Virus record (IMG/VR): IMGVR_UViG_3300028805_000074
Coordinates: 32,001-96,000 of that record
Direction: 5' to 3' (one strand)
Origin: a virus
Lineage: Duplodnaviria > Caudoviricetes
DNA: 64,000 bases
Both the position numbers and the translations under genes were made by a program. Shown here one piece after another: positions 29,146-39,307 of this stretch (its first letter is position 1; every line of letters begins with the position of its first letter). Below the pieces are notes generated by a model, which was not told the origin of the DNA, did not search any database, and saw only the letters and a program-made list of their open reading frames with translations.

Positions 29146-29747
29146 GCAAGACCAATTCGCTGCACTACGACCTGTGCGTGGAGGGAGCCAAGTGGCTGCG
29201 CCGTCGGCAGGACTTCAACCGGTGTCGGAAGAAGGGGAAGCCGTGCTTCAACCTCGATCTGTGCCGTGGCTGTCGGCTGGCGTTCAAGTACGTTGCCGTG
29301 GAGCTATGCACCTATGGGACGGAGAACTGTGACGTGTGGGGCTACGACGGCTACTCGACCGCCGTCATCGAGGTCAAGGTGAGCCACGCCGACTTCATGG
29401 CCGACCAGAAGAAATGGTGGCGCAGGGACGCTCCCGACGATATGCGGGCGGGCAACCTGCGCTGGTATCTTTGTCCCGACGGCATCATCAAGCCAAACGA
29501 ACTGCCCGACGGCTGGGGGCTGCTCTACTGGGACGGACGGCAGATTGTTCCGCAGGTGGCGCCGAAGTCGCACATGGCGACGGGTCATGCCGACATGAAG
29601 ATACTCTACTCGATACTGCGCCGCGAGGGTTTCCCGCAGAAGATATTCAACTATCGCGGCCAGCCCTCGACCATCCAGCCCAAGACTATCAACGGAGTGC
29701 CCGAAAGGGAGTGGTATAAACAACAAGGAAAGGAGGACTGCCTATGA
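29142..29747 (+). CDS. PD-(D/E)xK nuclease-like protein (MmcB-like)
   Basis: E..DVWG...IEVKVSHADFMAD...WYLCP...ELPDGWGLL. Confidence 0.72.
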   Translation: MSKTNSLHYDLCVEGAKWLRRRQDFNRCRKKGKPCFNLDLCRGCRLAFKYVAVELCTYGTENCDVWGYDGYSTAVIEVKVSHADFMADQKKWWRRDAPDDMRAGNLRWYLCPDGIIKPNELPDGWGLLYWDGRQIVPQVAPKSHMATGHADMKILYSILRREGFPQKIFNYRGQPSTIQPKTINGVPEREWYKQQGKEDCL

Positions 29748-30232
29748 CCGACTACAATCACAATGCCCGTTTCTCTCACCCTGCTATCAAGCCCGACGGC
29801 GAGGCGGAGGCACCGCTGACGCGGCCGACGAACCGCGACCCGGAGAACGAGAACATCATCGTCACGGGGCCGTTCTACCGGGTGATGAAGAACATGGACC
29901 GCGTGCCGCTCCGTGACTACATGGACCACGGCTACGAGACCCGACAGGATTTCTGCGACGCCGTGCGCGAACTCATCAGCCGCTGGGGCGGGCGCGAGGG
30001 CGAGTGCTTCGAGGAGCGGGCGTGGCACGGCAAAGAAGGCGAGGCAATCGACCAGCGCCACCGCGCCCTGCACCTGCGCTTCCACGACACGCCCGGCGGA
30101 CTGCCCGACGAGGCGTGGCTGCCCCTGTATCTGCTGGAGCCAATCCCCACGCCGCCCGGGCTCATACCCCACGAGCCGACCGAAGAGGAACTCCTGCAGC
30201 AGGAAATCGACGAGGCGCTGGGGTTCGACTGA
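29744..30232 (+). CDS. hypothetical protein
   Basis: ATGA overlap. Confidence 0.65.
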   Translation: MTDYNHNARFSHPAIKPDGEAEAPLTRPTNRDPENENIIVTGPFYRVMKNMDRVPLRDYMDHGYETRQDFCDAVRELISRWGGREGECFEERAWHGKEGEAIDQRHRALHLRFHDTPGGLPDEAWLPLYLLEPIPTPPGLIPHEPTEEELLQQEIDEALGFD

Positions 30233-30380
30233 CACGATGCCCTTGGCTAAAGCCGAGCGCAGGCTGCGGTTCAGTATAGGGCGCTCATGCCTGGCATGGC
30301 GACACTCTGCGTTCACCTCGCGCTGCCCTTGATTTCGAGAACGCCGCAATGTATTATGGGGTAAATAAATATTATCCCGT

Positions 30381-33167
30381 ATGGAACATTTAGCACTTGA
30401 AATCTTCGACCTCGCCGACGGCAAGACCAGCATCACGGCGCTGGGCTCACAGTATGCCAACCTGCCGGAGGATGCGAGCATCAGCATCACCGACACCAGC
30501 GAGATCTTCGACAGCGGCGACGTGTGGAGCCATTCGTTCACGCTGAACATCCCTGCCAACCTGCACATCTTCGGAACCAGCGGCGACATCCACGGCTCGC
30601 GGCTGCACGACCAGATAGACAAGCGCCGGGCCCGGCTCTGGGTGGAGGGCTTGCCCCTCTACCTGGGCTACCTGCGCCTGAGCGACGAGGTGGAGGTGGA
30701 CGAGGACGGCAACGTCGACGTCACATTCGAGAGCGGCCAGCACACCTTCGACGAGATGATCGACGGGGCCAAGGCCAACCAGGTGCCGATGATGTCGGAC
30801 GTACAGATAGGCATGGCCCTCTGGCGCAAGCGGTGGACGAAGTTCAGGGTGAAGCTGATGGCGTCGCTGACGCTTAAAGACAAAAAGACCCTGAAGGGAA
30901 ACGTAACCCGTGCGAACGGCGAGGAGTGGTTCGACTTTGAATACAACGGCGAGGACGAGGGCAACTCCGTGCAGCAGTACCCCCGCATGGTGTTCCCTAA
31001 CGGCACGTTCACCGACTACGCCCATGAGAACCCCGACGAGGACTCCGACTACATCAACACCGACAACCCCTACGACGAAGCCCACCCCTACTGCAATGTT
31101 CCGCTCTGCTACCAGAAGTACGGCTACGACAAGAAGGACAAAGACGGGGTGGTGACAACCGACTACAGCGGCGAGCCGGAGGCCCAGCGCGGCTACGAGT
31201 ACATGCCAGCGAACCGTGTGAACTCAGCACCCAATTTTTTTGTCATCTACTGGATCCGCGCCCTGATGAAGCACCTCGGCATCTACATTGAGGAGAACCA
31301 GATGATGGACGTGGCGGACCTGCGGCGGTTGTTTTTCGTAAACACCAACTGTGCCTACGAAGAACCGACCAACCTGAAAGGCGCCAACCGCTCGCGCTAC
31401 GGCAAGTATTTCCAGTACGCCTGGCAAGGCAGGCTCATACCTGAATACATCAACTCCAAACAGAACGTCAAGATAGATGAAAGCGGCTTCGTTGGTACTA
31501 ACGTAAAAATACTGGTCGGAAATATAGGCACCGAAGATATTACCAACAAAGTGTCGGTAAAAATCCGCGAGGTGGAGGAATGGAGCGACAACGACAAGAG
31601 CAAATACAAGTCGCACAACAGCTTCTTTCATAAGGCCTTCGCCACGAGCAAATGTTTCCCCGACGCGGACATCAGCGATGTAATCAGTGCCCTGGAGAGC
31701 GGTTTCGGCATCCGCCTGCTGTTCAGCGACGACTACCAGCGCGTACGCATCGTGCTGCTCAGGAACATCCTCCGCAGCCAAGAGGTACAGGCCATCAAGT
31801 GCGACATCATCGGCGAGCCCACGAAGACCGAGAACAATATCCGTGGATTCCGCATGACCTACGGCGACTCGGACGACACGCACTTCTACTACAAGGGATT
31901 CGCCGACATGCTGCCACACAAGAAGGAGCTGTGGGTGGACAACAGCGACACACACGACTACTCGCACTGGGACCTGAACGCCGACTACGCCAAGCTCATC
32001 AACAAGGTGTCGGCCTTCGACAAGACTTGCTATGTGACACCAAATACGGGAAACGCCTATATCATCAAGGTTGACAAGGAAGCTAAGCGATACGACGACC
32101 TCCATCCGTCGCTTTTCGGTTGTGCCGACTTTATGGACGCAGAGGACGGCGACTGCACGGGCGAAGAAGAGACTATCGAGACTATCAACGTGGGCTTCAA
32201 GCCCGCCATCATGAACGACCTGAATATGGAGGCCGAGCGCGGCGACGGCAACAACCCGCCCGTGGACCGCCAGCGGTTCGCACTGTTCGTCGACAAGGCC
32301 ATGCGGCCACGGAGGGTTGACCTGCAGGACGGCCAGGACTACAACGACCCCGACGCCATCTACGACACCGACAAGCTCTACAGTGAGGAATCGCCCGCCA
32401 AAGGAATGAAGGCAGAAGATGGCATCATCATGCCCGGCTCGTTTGCCATTACATCCGATATGTACGCCAGCGGCAGTGGGGCACATGCTACACTCGTCGG
32501 GCTGTTTAGTCTTGCCACCATCTCCTTCGACTTCGACGGACACATCAACGAGGGCTACAGGCTGTACTTACAGGACAACTACGAGCCCAACGACGAGGGC
32601 GTGTCGCCCGTGGAGACCAAAGAATGGGGACTGACGCTCGGCATCATGCGCGGCTCGGGCAGCGACGCGGGCGTGCAGTACTCGGCAGACCCCGACGACG
32701 GCGAGGGCAACGACACATGGGACATCATGGCCGGCAGCCAAGTGACCAGCCACCCCGACACCTGCGACAACTACGGACGGATATTCGACTACACCGCCGA
32801 CGGGCAGGAGGACGAGCAGGATGTCACGGGGCGCTTCTCGCTGAAGCTCCGTGCCGAGAAACTGAATCCCTACTTCGACCCGACAAAGGAGGAGAGCGAC
32901 ACCAACCGCCGTTACCTGGAAATCACCGAAGAGAAGCTGCGCAGGCGCGGACTGTGCGACCAGTTCTACAAGGAATACTCAAAGTTCATCCGCGAGGCCC
33001 GCATCGCCAACATCCCCGTCCGCATGGAGCTGGCACAGCTGCTGGCCATCGACAAGACGAAGCAGGCAACCGTCGGCGATATCACGGGCTTCATCCGCAA
33101 GATGCAGTTCACCGTCAGCAACAAGACGGGGCTTGGCAACGTAAAGATGGAGATGATGTACATCTGA
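30381..33167 (+). CDS. large probable virion structural (tail/baseplate) protein
   Basis: 928 aa, acidic and beta-rich; N-terminal SISI..TSEIF...SHSFTL.IP resembles Bacteroidetes siphophage tail proteins (inferred). Confidence 0.55.
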   Translation: MEHLALEIFDLADGKTSITALGSQYANLPEDASISITDTSEIFDSGDVWSHSFTLNIPANLHIFGTSGDIHGSRLHDQIDKRRARLWVEGLPLYLGYLRLSDEVEVDEDGNVDVTFESGQHTFDEMIDGAKANQVPMMSDVQIGMALWRKRWTKFRVKLMASLTLKDKKTLKGNVTRANGEEWFDFEYNGEDEGNSVQQYPRMVFPNGTFTDYAHENPDEDSDYINTDNPYDEAHPYCNVPLCYQKYGYDKKDKDGVVTTDYSGEPEAQRGYEYMPANRVNSAPNFFVIYWIRALMKHLGIYIEENQMMDVADLRRLFFVNTNCAYEEPTNLKGANRSRYGKYFQYAWQGRLIPEYINSKQNVKIDESGFVGTNVKILVGNIGTEDITNKVSVKIREVEEWSDNDKSKYKSHNSFFHKAFATSKCFPDADISDVISALESGFGIRLLFSDDYQRVRIVLLRNILRSQEVQAIKCDIIGEPTKTENNIRGFRMTYGDSDDTHFYYKGFADMLPHKKELWVDNSDTHDYSHWDLNADYAKLINKVSAFDKTCYVTPNTGNAYIIKVDKEAKRYDDLHPSLFGCADFMDAEDGDCTGEEETIETINVGFKPAIMNDLNMEAERGDGNNPPVDRQRFALFVDKAMRPRRVDLQDGQDYNDPDAIYDTDKLYSEESPAKGMKAEDGIIMPGSFAITSDMYASGSGAHATLVGLFSLATISFDFDGHINEGYRLYLQDNYEPNDEGVSPVETKEWGLTLGIMRGSGSDAGVQYSADPDDGEGNDTWDIMAGSQVTSHPDTCDNYGRIFDYTADGQEDEQDVTGRFSLKLRAEKLNPYFDPTKEESDTNRRYLEITEEKLRRRGLCDQFYKEYSKFIREARIANIPVRMELAQLLAIDKTKQATVGDITGFIRKMQFTVSNKTGLGNVKMEMMYI

Positions 33168-33202
33168 CATTGAACATTGAAGATTGAACATTGAACATTG
33201 AA
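33167..33202. repeat. heptamer tandem repeat (ACATTGA)x5
   Basis: acattgaacattgaagattgaacattgaacattgaa; reverse-complement copy at 53677-53711. Confidence 0.8.
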
Positions 33203-33214
33203 AACAGAAAAGCT

Positions 33215-34276
33215 ATGGCAGTTAGGATATCAGGAATGTTCGGCAGCGGACACACTTATTTTGCAGGATCGCCTGTCGTGATCAACATCGACGGACTGGA
33301 GTGGCCGGGCAATTCGCCGTTCAACATCGTCCGCGTGTACGTGTATTACAACAGTAAGAAGGTTGGCGAGTTCAAGGCCGACACGGGCGGACAGAGCAGC
33401 ATCTCGTTCGACATATCGTCGGCGCTCCGTGCCATCTGGGCCGACTACGACTTCTCGTCAGAGGTGAGTGCGGCTGAAGACCACAGCACGTCCAGCCGAT
33501 CCTACCGCAGCTACTCGCTCGAAGTGCTGACGGAGTATATCGACAGCCAGGACGGCGAGTTCACGCAGACCAGAAGCGGCATCTTCAGCGGCGGGCAGTG
33601 CGCCTTCGGCAGCTACACCGAGTGGGAGCGGTCGCTGGCAGGCAGCAGTGCCGATGCAGACGTGCAGTATCACGACGGAGAGAACCGGCGCAACGGCGAC
33701 GCCAGCACGAAGCCTACCAGCACACCAGAGCGCGTAGGCCGCAGCAGCATCACCTCGTGGGTCGATGTCAGCAACGCCGGTACCACCTGCCGTTACTACG
33801 CCGCCAGCGCCACGCCGTCGGGCGACAGCGCCTCGGCCCATCCCCCGCTGGTACTGCGCGACGATCAGGAGTACGTGGATTTCCTCTTCCTGAACCGGCG
33901 TGGAGCCGTCGAGACGTGCAGCGGACTGACGAAGGAGGCGATGAATATCGCTGTGGACGTAAAGCAGTTCGCCTATGTGGAGCGGCCGTCGTTCCGCCCG
34001 TCGCGCTCGCTGATGGCTCTCGGCACCGACGGTCGCCGATCGTGGCAGATGTCGAGCGGTTACGTCACTCGCGAGTGGGCTGACTGGTGGACCATGGAGT
34101 TCCTCGGCGGCAAGAAGAAACTATGGTGGATGAAGTACAAAGGCCCCGGCCAGTCAGCCGCCGCCTACGTGCCCGTCATCATAGAGCCGTCGAAGAAGAG
34201 CGTCGGCATCTACGACAAGAACAAGCAGCAGCTGCCGCACGTGGACTTCACCGTCACGCTGGCACTCGAAGGATAA
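33215..34276 (+). CDS. probable virion structural (tail) protein
   Basis: FDISSALRA and FLFLNRRGAVET motifs typical of Bacteroidetes phage tail-region genes (inferred). Confidence 0.55.
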   Translation: MAVRISGMFGSGHTYFAGSPVVINIDGLEWPGNSPFNIVRVYVYYNSKKVGEFKADTGGQSSISFDISSALRAIWADYDFSSEVSAAEDHSTSSRSYRSYSLEVLTEYIDSQDGEFTQTRSGIFSGGQCAFGSYTEWERSLAGSSADADVQYHDGENRRNGDASTKPTSTPERVGRSSITSWVDVSNAGTTCRYYAASATPSGDSASAHPPLVLRDDQEYVDFLFLNRRGAVETCSGLTKEAMNIAVDVKQFAYVERPSFRPSRSLMALGTDGRRSWQMSSGYVTREWADWWTMEFLGGKKKLWWMKYKGPGQSAAAYVPVIIEPSKKSVGIYDKNKQQLPHVDFTVTLALEG

Positions 34277-34303
34277 TCAATCATGGGATTTAAGCAAGCG
34301 AAG

Positions 34304-34346
34304 AAAAGCGGGCCAACGGTGCTTATGCCGTTGGCCAGCTTGGTTT
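34304..34346. terminator. hairpin terminator at the convergence of the two arms
   Basis: GGCCAACGG/CCGTTGGCC stem with A-tract on the left and T-rich run on the right. Confidence 0.6.
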
Positions 34347-34350
34347 ATAA

Positions 34351-35211
34351 TCAGAAGTCAAAGGTGCTCTCGCCGTCCCAGTCCGAATGCACCACGAAAC
34401 CAAAGTCGCTCTGGGTGAACACGCCGTCGCCCGGCTCAAAGAACTTTCCGGTGTAGGTCGTGATCCTGTTGCGGGTCACGGGCACCTCTGGAAACACCCG
34501 CTTGCGGATGACCGTCCCATCGGCGTCAAGCCCTGAGACGGTCATCTTCAGTGTGCAGGATGTCGCCATGTAGGGGAAGGTGTAGGCTTGGTGGATGTTC
34601 AGCGAGTTGCGGATCCTGCGCTCCGACTGCGACGACTTGGTGATGCCCTCCAGCGTCGTGGGGTTGAAATTGGCCGAGCCTCCGGTGTACTCCATCAGGA
34701 AGTAGGCGAACGATGACGGCACTTCTGTGTCGGTCAGGCAGAACTGGATCATCGCTCCGGCGCGATACATGGGCAGCGTCAGCGACTGGCTGTCGCCGCC
34801 GATATCTATCGTCGAGCAGTGGCAGAAGGTGTCGGTCAGTTTCTCGCCGTCCGAGGCGGTGAACTGCACGGCCTCGGGGCTCTTGATGGTGGCGCTCTTC
34901 GTCGAGGAATGACCCACGGCGACGATGGTGTACCGCCCCGGTGTGAGTTTCAGCGAGAGGGTGCCGAAGTCCTCGTCGTCGGCGGTCTGGGTCTTCACCT
35001 TGTCGAACACCTTCGCGCCGTCGCTGTCGAACATCTGCACGTTTAGTTTCGTAAACTGCGTCGGTGCCGAGCCCCGTGTCAGGTCGCGGCCAGTCGGCTG
35101 GAAGGTCAGTGTCACGTTGCCTGCAGGCTCGTCGTTGTTCTCACTGCCGATCATCGGCTTCTCGCAGGCGGCCATGACCAGCCCTGCCAAAAGAATCATC
35201 ATCTTCTTCAT
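34351..35211 (-). CDS. FimB/Mfa2-like fimbrial lipoprotein
   Basis: lipobox VMAAC, TR cleavage motif, C-terminal VPVTRNRITTYTGKFF...W. Confidence 0.72.
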   Translation of the reverse strand: MKKMMILLAGLVMAACEKPMIGSENNDEPAGNVTLTFQPTGRDLTRGSAPTQFTKLNVQMFDSDGAKVFDKVKTQTADDEDFGTLSLKLTPGRYTIVAVGHSSTKSATIKSPEAVQFTASDGEKLTDTFCHCSTIDIGGDSQSLTLPMYRAGAMIQFCLTDTEVPSSFAYFLMEYTGGSANFNPTTLEGITKSSQSERRIRNSLNIHQAYTFPYMATSCTLKMTVSGLDADGTVIRKRVFPEVPVTRNRITTYTGKFFEPGDGVFTQSDFGFVVHSDWDGESTFDF

Positions 35212-35223
35212 AGTCGTATGGAG

Positions 35224-36087
35224 TTAAAAATTCGTTACGTCGTACTCCTGCCAGGTACTCTCCACGGTGAAGGCTGCCGAGGTGTTGCGGTTGGTGAAGA
35301 ACTCGCCCCGGTATGTCGTCTTGTAGCCATTGCGCAGGGGCACGTCGGCGAAGGTGCGCTGCTGCTTTACGGTGCCGTCGGCTGTCTTTGCGGTCACGGT
35401 GACGGTATGGCTGGCCGGTGCGTCGGCTGGCGAGATGGCGCTGGCCGAGAACGAGGCCGTTCCGTCGTTGTTACGGGTGAAGCCGGAGAATGTCGTGGTG
35501 CAGTCGGCGGGCGTCGCTCCGTAGCCTGCCACGTTCCACTGCGAGAGTCCGCCGGCGATGGTGATTTCCATCGTCGTCACGTCGTCGGGCACGGCGTCGG
35601 TGGTCTCCAGGCGGAACATGCCCACGATGCGCGTCATCTCGCACGAGAGGCTGGTGCCGTCGGCTGGCGAGAAGGTACTGGTGTGCCACATGGCCTGCGC
35701 CATCTTGCCGTCGCCGCCGAAGGTAATCAGCCCGTCGGCAAGCGTGCAGGCCGCCGAAGCCTTGTGGCCGACGGCGTAGAGCGTGTAGGTCTTCGTCTTG
35801 TCGAGAGTGACGGCGATGGAGCCGAAGCCAGCGTCGGATGCCGACTGATGGACGGCGGCCACCTCCTGTCCGCCCTGGATGATCCACACGTCGAGCCGCG
35901 TCACCACGTCGGCGATGCTCGTTGCCGCTCGCGTCATGGCCTCCATCCGGTAGGGGCTGAAGGTCAGCGTCACCTGCGTGGGCTGGGGCTGGCTCTGAGG
36001 GGTTTCGTACTCGCCTGCGCCGTCGCCGGAGCAGGCCGTCATTGTCACTGCGGCTGCCATTGCAGCCATGAGAATAGTTTTCTTCAT
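35224..36087 (-). CDS. FimB/Mfa2-like fimbrial lipoprotein (paralog)
   Basis: lipobox MTACS, MTRA, C-terminal VPLRNGYKTTYRGEFF...W. Confidence 0.72.
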   Translation of the reverse strand: MKKTILMAAMAAAVTMTACSGDGAGEYETPQSQPQPTQVTLTFSPYRMEAMTRAATSIADVVTRLDVWIIQGGQEVAAVHQSASDAGFGSIAVTLDKTKTYTLYAVGHKASAACTLADGLITFGGDGKMAQAMWHTSTFSPADGTSLSCEMTRIVGMFRLETTDAVPDDVTTMEITIAGGLSQWNVAGYGATPADCTTTFSGFTRNNDGTASFSASAISPADAPASHTVTVTAKTADGTVKQQRTFADVPLRNGYKTTYRGEFFTNRNTSAAFTVESTWQEYDVTNF

Positions 36088-36265
36088 CGTTTTGTTGGGG
36101 TTTTAGTTAATACTGTGCACCTTTTTTACGGGCGCTGGTCGATGTCTCTGGAAAGCAGGGAAGTTTGCGTCCGCTCCCCTGCCCTGGTGAAGAGCGCGGA
36201 CACCGTCTCGGTTTAGTCTCTCATATATAGTTCAGGTCAACAGCCCCCCGTCTATGGGGGATAAG

Positions 36266-36291
36266 AAAAAGCCGCCCCATGATGGAGCGGC
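36266..36291 (-). terminator. rho-independent terminator
   Basis: GCCGCTCCATCATGGGGCGGC followed by TTTTT on the minus strand. Confidence 0.7.
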
Positions 36292-36336
36292 CAGCGTATA
36301 GTATATATAAATGTGTGCGGGGCACAAAAGTCGGTA

Positions 36337-36837
36337 TCATTTTCTTGGATAGTGCGGCACCGTCAGGTCAAAATCACTTTGTGAGAACCTTGCGCAAATA
36401 AAGCGAACAAACCCGTCGCCCTCCGAGAGTGCCTTTGAGATCTTCTTTCCCAGCTTCTGCTGCTTCTTCATGGCGCTAAGGTGTATCTTGTCGCCCAGGC
36501 CCGAACTTTCCTTGTACATCTGCACGTAGAATTTCTCCTGAAGTTCCCCCTTGGCGTTATAGATACCTACCAGCACCCTGTATGCCCGGAAACTGCCGTA
36601 CCACTCGTAGCACACAGACTCCTCGAAAATCCCCTGTGCCGTTATCAGACGGAAGTCTGGGTCCTTCCATCCCCATGACACATACGAGCCAACACCCGGC
36701 ACCTCATACTGGTAAGCCGTATAGGCTTGCTGTCCTTTCAGCTCGTCTGCCTGAAAGTTCGAGTAGGTCCACTTTCCCTGTGCGCACGCCGTCAGCACCG
36801 CCGACAGCACCAGCGCGATTGTCATCAGTCTTTTCAT
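36337..36837 (-). CDS. secreted protein or lipoprotein
   Basis: signal peptide MKRLMTIALVLSAVLTACAQ. Confidence 0.7.
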   Translation of the reverse strand: MKRLMTIALVLSAVLTACAQGKWTYSNFQADELKGQQAYTAYQYEVPGVGSYVSWGWKDPDFRLITAQGIFEESVCYEWYGSFRAYRVLVGIYNAKGELQEKFYVQMYKESSGLGDKIHLSAMKKQQKLGKKISKALSEGDGFVRFICARFSQSDFDLTVPHYPRK

Positions 36838-36855
36838 TGTCGTTATTGTTTTAAG

Positions 36856-37182
36856 TTAAACCCAATATTCACGCAGCGATTCTGCGCTGTCACAAGAGAG
36901 CACAACCACCAGGACCTTCGCATCCTTGCTGCCGTGCCAGTCCTCGAAGTCTGCATCCATGGACGAGTTAGCCAATATCGTGTTGCCGTACTCTTCCTCG
37001 TCCATCAGTTCCACCTGGCCTGTGAACTCGTCAGGCAGGTTGTCGATGCTCATATCCAGACAAACCGTGTTGTCTGTATGAATGCCACGAATATACCTGT
37101 CCGCCTGATTAAAGCGATAGATTTCAACTTCATCAGCCTGAGCTGCCATTTTCTTTACTTCTTCCTTTGTGTAGCTTAACAT
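36856..37182 (-). CDS. acidic hypothetical protein
   Basis: start reassigned after the TTGGAGGACAA motif. Confidence 0.6.
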   Translation of the reverse strand: MLSYTKEEVKKMAAQADEVEIYRFNQADRYIRGIHTDNTVCLDMSIDNLPDEFTGQVELMDEEEYGNTILANSSMDADFEDWHGSKDAKVLVVVLSCDSAESLREYWV

Positions 37183-37228
37183 CTTCTTGTCCTCCAAAAA
37201 TTTGATTACATATTTATTTCCGATTATA

Positions 37229-37537
37229 CTATACCTCCCTAATCCTCTTTGCAACGTCCAGTGTTCTTTTGACGGTGCAAGAACAAATCTCACGCTTTGT
37301 CTTCTGGTCAATAAGCGTCAGACTGATGTACGAATACTTTCGCTTGTCATCGTAGCCGTTGATTCTGACAGTCATCGGATTGCCATCTATTACCACGTCG
37401 ATGTAATTGCCGTTCTTTTCGTTCACGATGACCTCGCCGTATTCAGGATGCACAACTTCCTCCTTCAGAACCATTTCCTTTACCATAGAGCCTATAGAGC
37501 AAGGCCCGTCGTTCGCAATATACTCTATAACGTTCAT
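37229..37537 (-). CDS. hypothetical protein
   Basis: start MNVIE after TTTGGAGGACAA. Confidence 0.6.
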   Translation of the reverse strand: MNVIEYIANDGPCSIGSMVKEMVLKEEVVHPEYGEVIVNEKNGNYIDVVIDGNPMTVRINGYDDKRKYSYISLTLIDQKTKREICSCTVKRTLDVAKRIREV

Positions 37538-37555
37538 ATTTTTGTCCTCCAAATT

Positions 37556-38296
37556 TTAGATTTCACCATTCTTCTTCCACTCTTCCCACTTCTCCACGCT
37601 ATAGCCCTCGTCGGTCTTCACGCCGAGGAACTGGAACGAGTAGCCGTGCGACTCAGGTTCAGCCCACGACTCCAGTATGGCCATGTTGCCACGATGGGTG
37701 AAAGTATCGTTTTTGACGTCCTTTACCGCCTTGTCGTAGGCATCCATACCGCTGTCAGCAATCACGTTGCCCGAGAAAGTCATATCCGTGCGGTAGTCGT
37801 TGCCGTGGTTATTGAACACCGACAAGCGGAGGTCCAGCTCCACATGATACCAGCCGCGCTTCTGCTCATTCAACTCTGCCATTCGGCGCTGCTTGGCGGC
37901 TTCCGCCTGACGCATGCGCTCCTGTTTGGCTGCCTCGCGCTGCTCGTTGTAGATACGCTCGTGTTCTTCGAGCGTGTCGGCCAGAGCAGGATAGAAGCTG
38001 ATGTCCCAACAACCGCAGCCAGTAGTGCGCATCGTCTCGCAAGTGCGGGGCTGGCCGCTGGGATAGCTGCTGAGCCCGTCACGGAACAGCGTGCGGATTT
38101 TATCTGCCGTGTATCTGTTCACTTTGATGTGAAGCCATTCGGGATCAGCCGCCAGAGAGTCCGGCTTTCCATAGGTATTCCAGGTGTTAATCACTGCAAT
38201 AGCTTCGTCAGCCGTGTGTGCTATTGCCTTGTAGGGAACGTACGTGTTCCCGTTGCTGGCGCGTCCGCCGTAAGTAATACAAAATACGTTTGCCAT
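37556..38296 (-). CDS. hypothetical protein
   Basis: 246-aa ORF. Confidence 0.7.
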   Translation of the reverse strand: MANVFCITYGGRASNGNTYVPYKAIAHTADEAIAVINTWNTYGKPDSLAADPEWLHIKVNRYTADKIRTLFRDGLSSYPSGQPRTCETMRTTGCGCWDISFYPALADTLEEHERIYNEQREAAKQERMRQAEAAKQRRMAELNEQKRGWYHVELDLRLSVFNNHGNDYRTDMTFSGNVIADSGMDAYDKAVKDVKNDTFTHRGNMAILESWAEPESHGYSFQFLGVKTDEGYSVEKWEEWKKNGEI

Positions 38297-38438
38297 AATG
38301 CTTAACTGTTTAACCGATCAGTCCGGGGTCTTAAAAAATGTTTGTTGAACTTCTTTCGAGATTTTCTCGCCTCGGCAAATCTCATACAAGCATGGCTTTG
38401 CTCTCGGCTTACGAAAATGTTGTAGCAACTTTCGGTTG

Positions 38439-38520
38439 CAAAGATACGATTAAGTGAGCGAAAAACCAAATTTATTTGAGTTTTTCTGAGCGTAGTATCT
38501 TCGGCCGCAGGTCAAAGATA
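38439..38520 (-). promoter_or_regulatory. Bacteroidetes -7 promoter box TATCTTTG duplicated around a short palindromic insertion
   Basis: CAAAGATA at 38439-38446 and 38513-38520 with AAGATAC..GTATCTT inverted arms. Confidence 0.55.
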
Positions 38521-38983
38521 ATATAAATTCTTGAAAGTCTTGCAGGAATCAGCAAGAATTGTTTTCTGTCACGGTCAAGCCGCGCCGTGCGGCCTTGGCG
38601 TAGAAGTCTCGGCGGCACTCCTCGGTCGGGAACCACGCCAGCGTGCGCAGTTCCCTGCCGTCGGGTGCCGTGAGGGTTAGGGGATAGACGTTCGGAGTCA
38701 TAGGCACAGATGCTTAATACGGGCCATACTGCCCTACCCTTTCTCCTTTATCCAAATCGTGCTCGTAGTAGCTGCCACGATAGCACTTGCTGCAGCACTC
38801 GCCATCGTGCTTGCAGGTGTCGCAATAACCAAACTTTCCCATAGTCGTTGTTTGATGTGATTACAGTTTTGTGATGTCAATGTCGGATGGTACCACAGTG
38901 TACTTGTGTTCGTCGCGGCCTGCCTGAAGGAAGTCGCGGCGCTGTTCGGCCTGCTCCTTGGTCTTGAACGACTGGCAGAATAT

Positions 38984-39292
38984 CTACCGCCCGTCGGGAG
39001 TGATACACCAGAGATGCCACTGCTGACTTTCTGGCCACCACATGTTCCTGTAGTCGGGGTCGAGAATGTAGAGCTGGCCTTTCTTGTCGTACACCTTACG
39101 CCCTCCGTGGTAAGAGTCGCCGTAGTTCTCCCAGCGGTTCACTGCGTCGTTGAACACCTCGAAACCCACGCGCCGCTCGAAGCTGGCGTGCTCGTCCATG
39201 AACTGACGGGCCTCGCTAAAGGTCATCTCCCCGTCGAAGATCATCTCCTTGGGGGAGTACCTGTTAATCTTGAAATGATGTTTTGCTTCCAT
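38984..39292 (-). CDS. hypothetical protein
   Basis: ORF in minus-strand operon. Confidence 0.65.
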   Translation of the reverse strand: MEAKHHFKINRYSPKEMIFDGEMTFSEARQFMDEHASFERRVGFEVFNDAVNRWENYGDSYHGGRKVYDKKGQLYILDPDYRNMWWPESQQWHLWCITPDGR

Positions 39293-39307
39293 AATTCGCT
39301 TGATGTT

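Noticed and set aside
17842-29747. Restriction-modification pair formed by the C5 MTase and the PD-(D/E)xK protein
   Set aside because: They are about 10 kb apart and the nuclease resembles the MmcB-like phage family rather than a cognate restriction enzyme.
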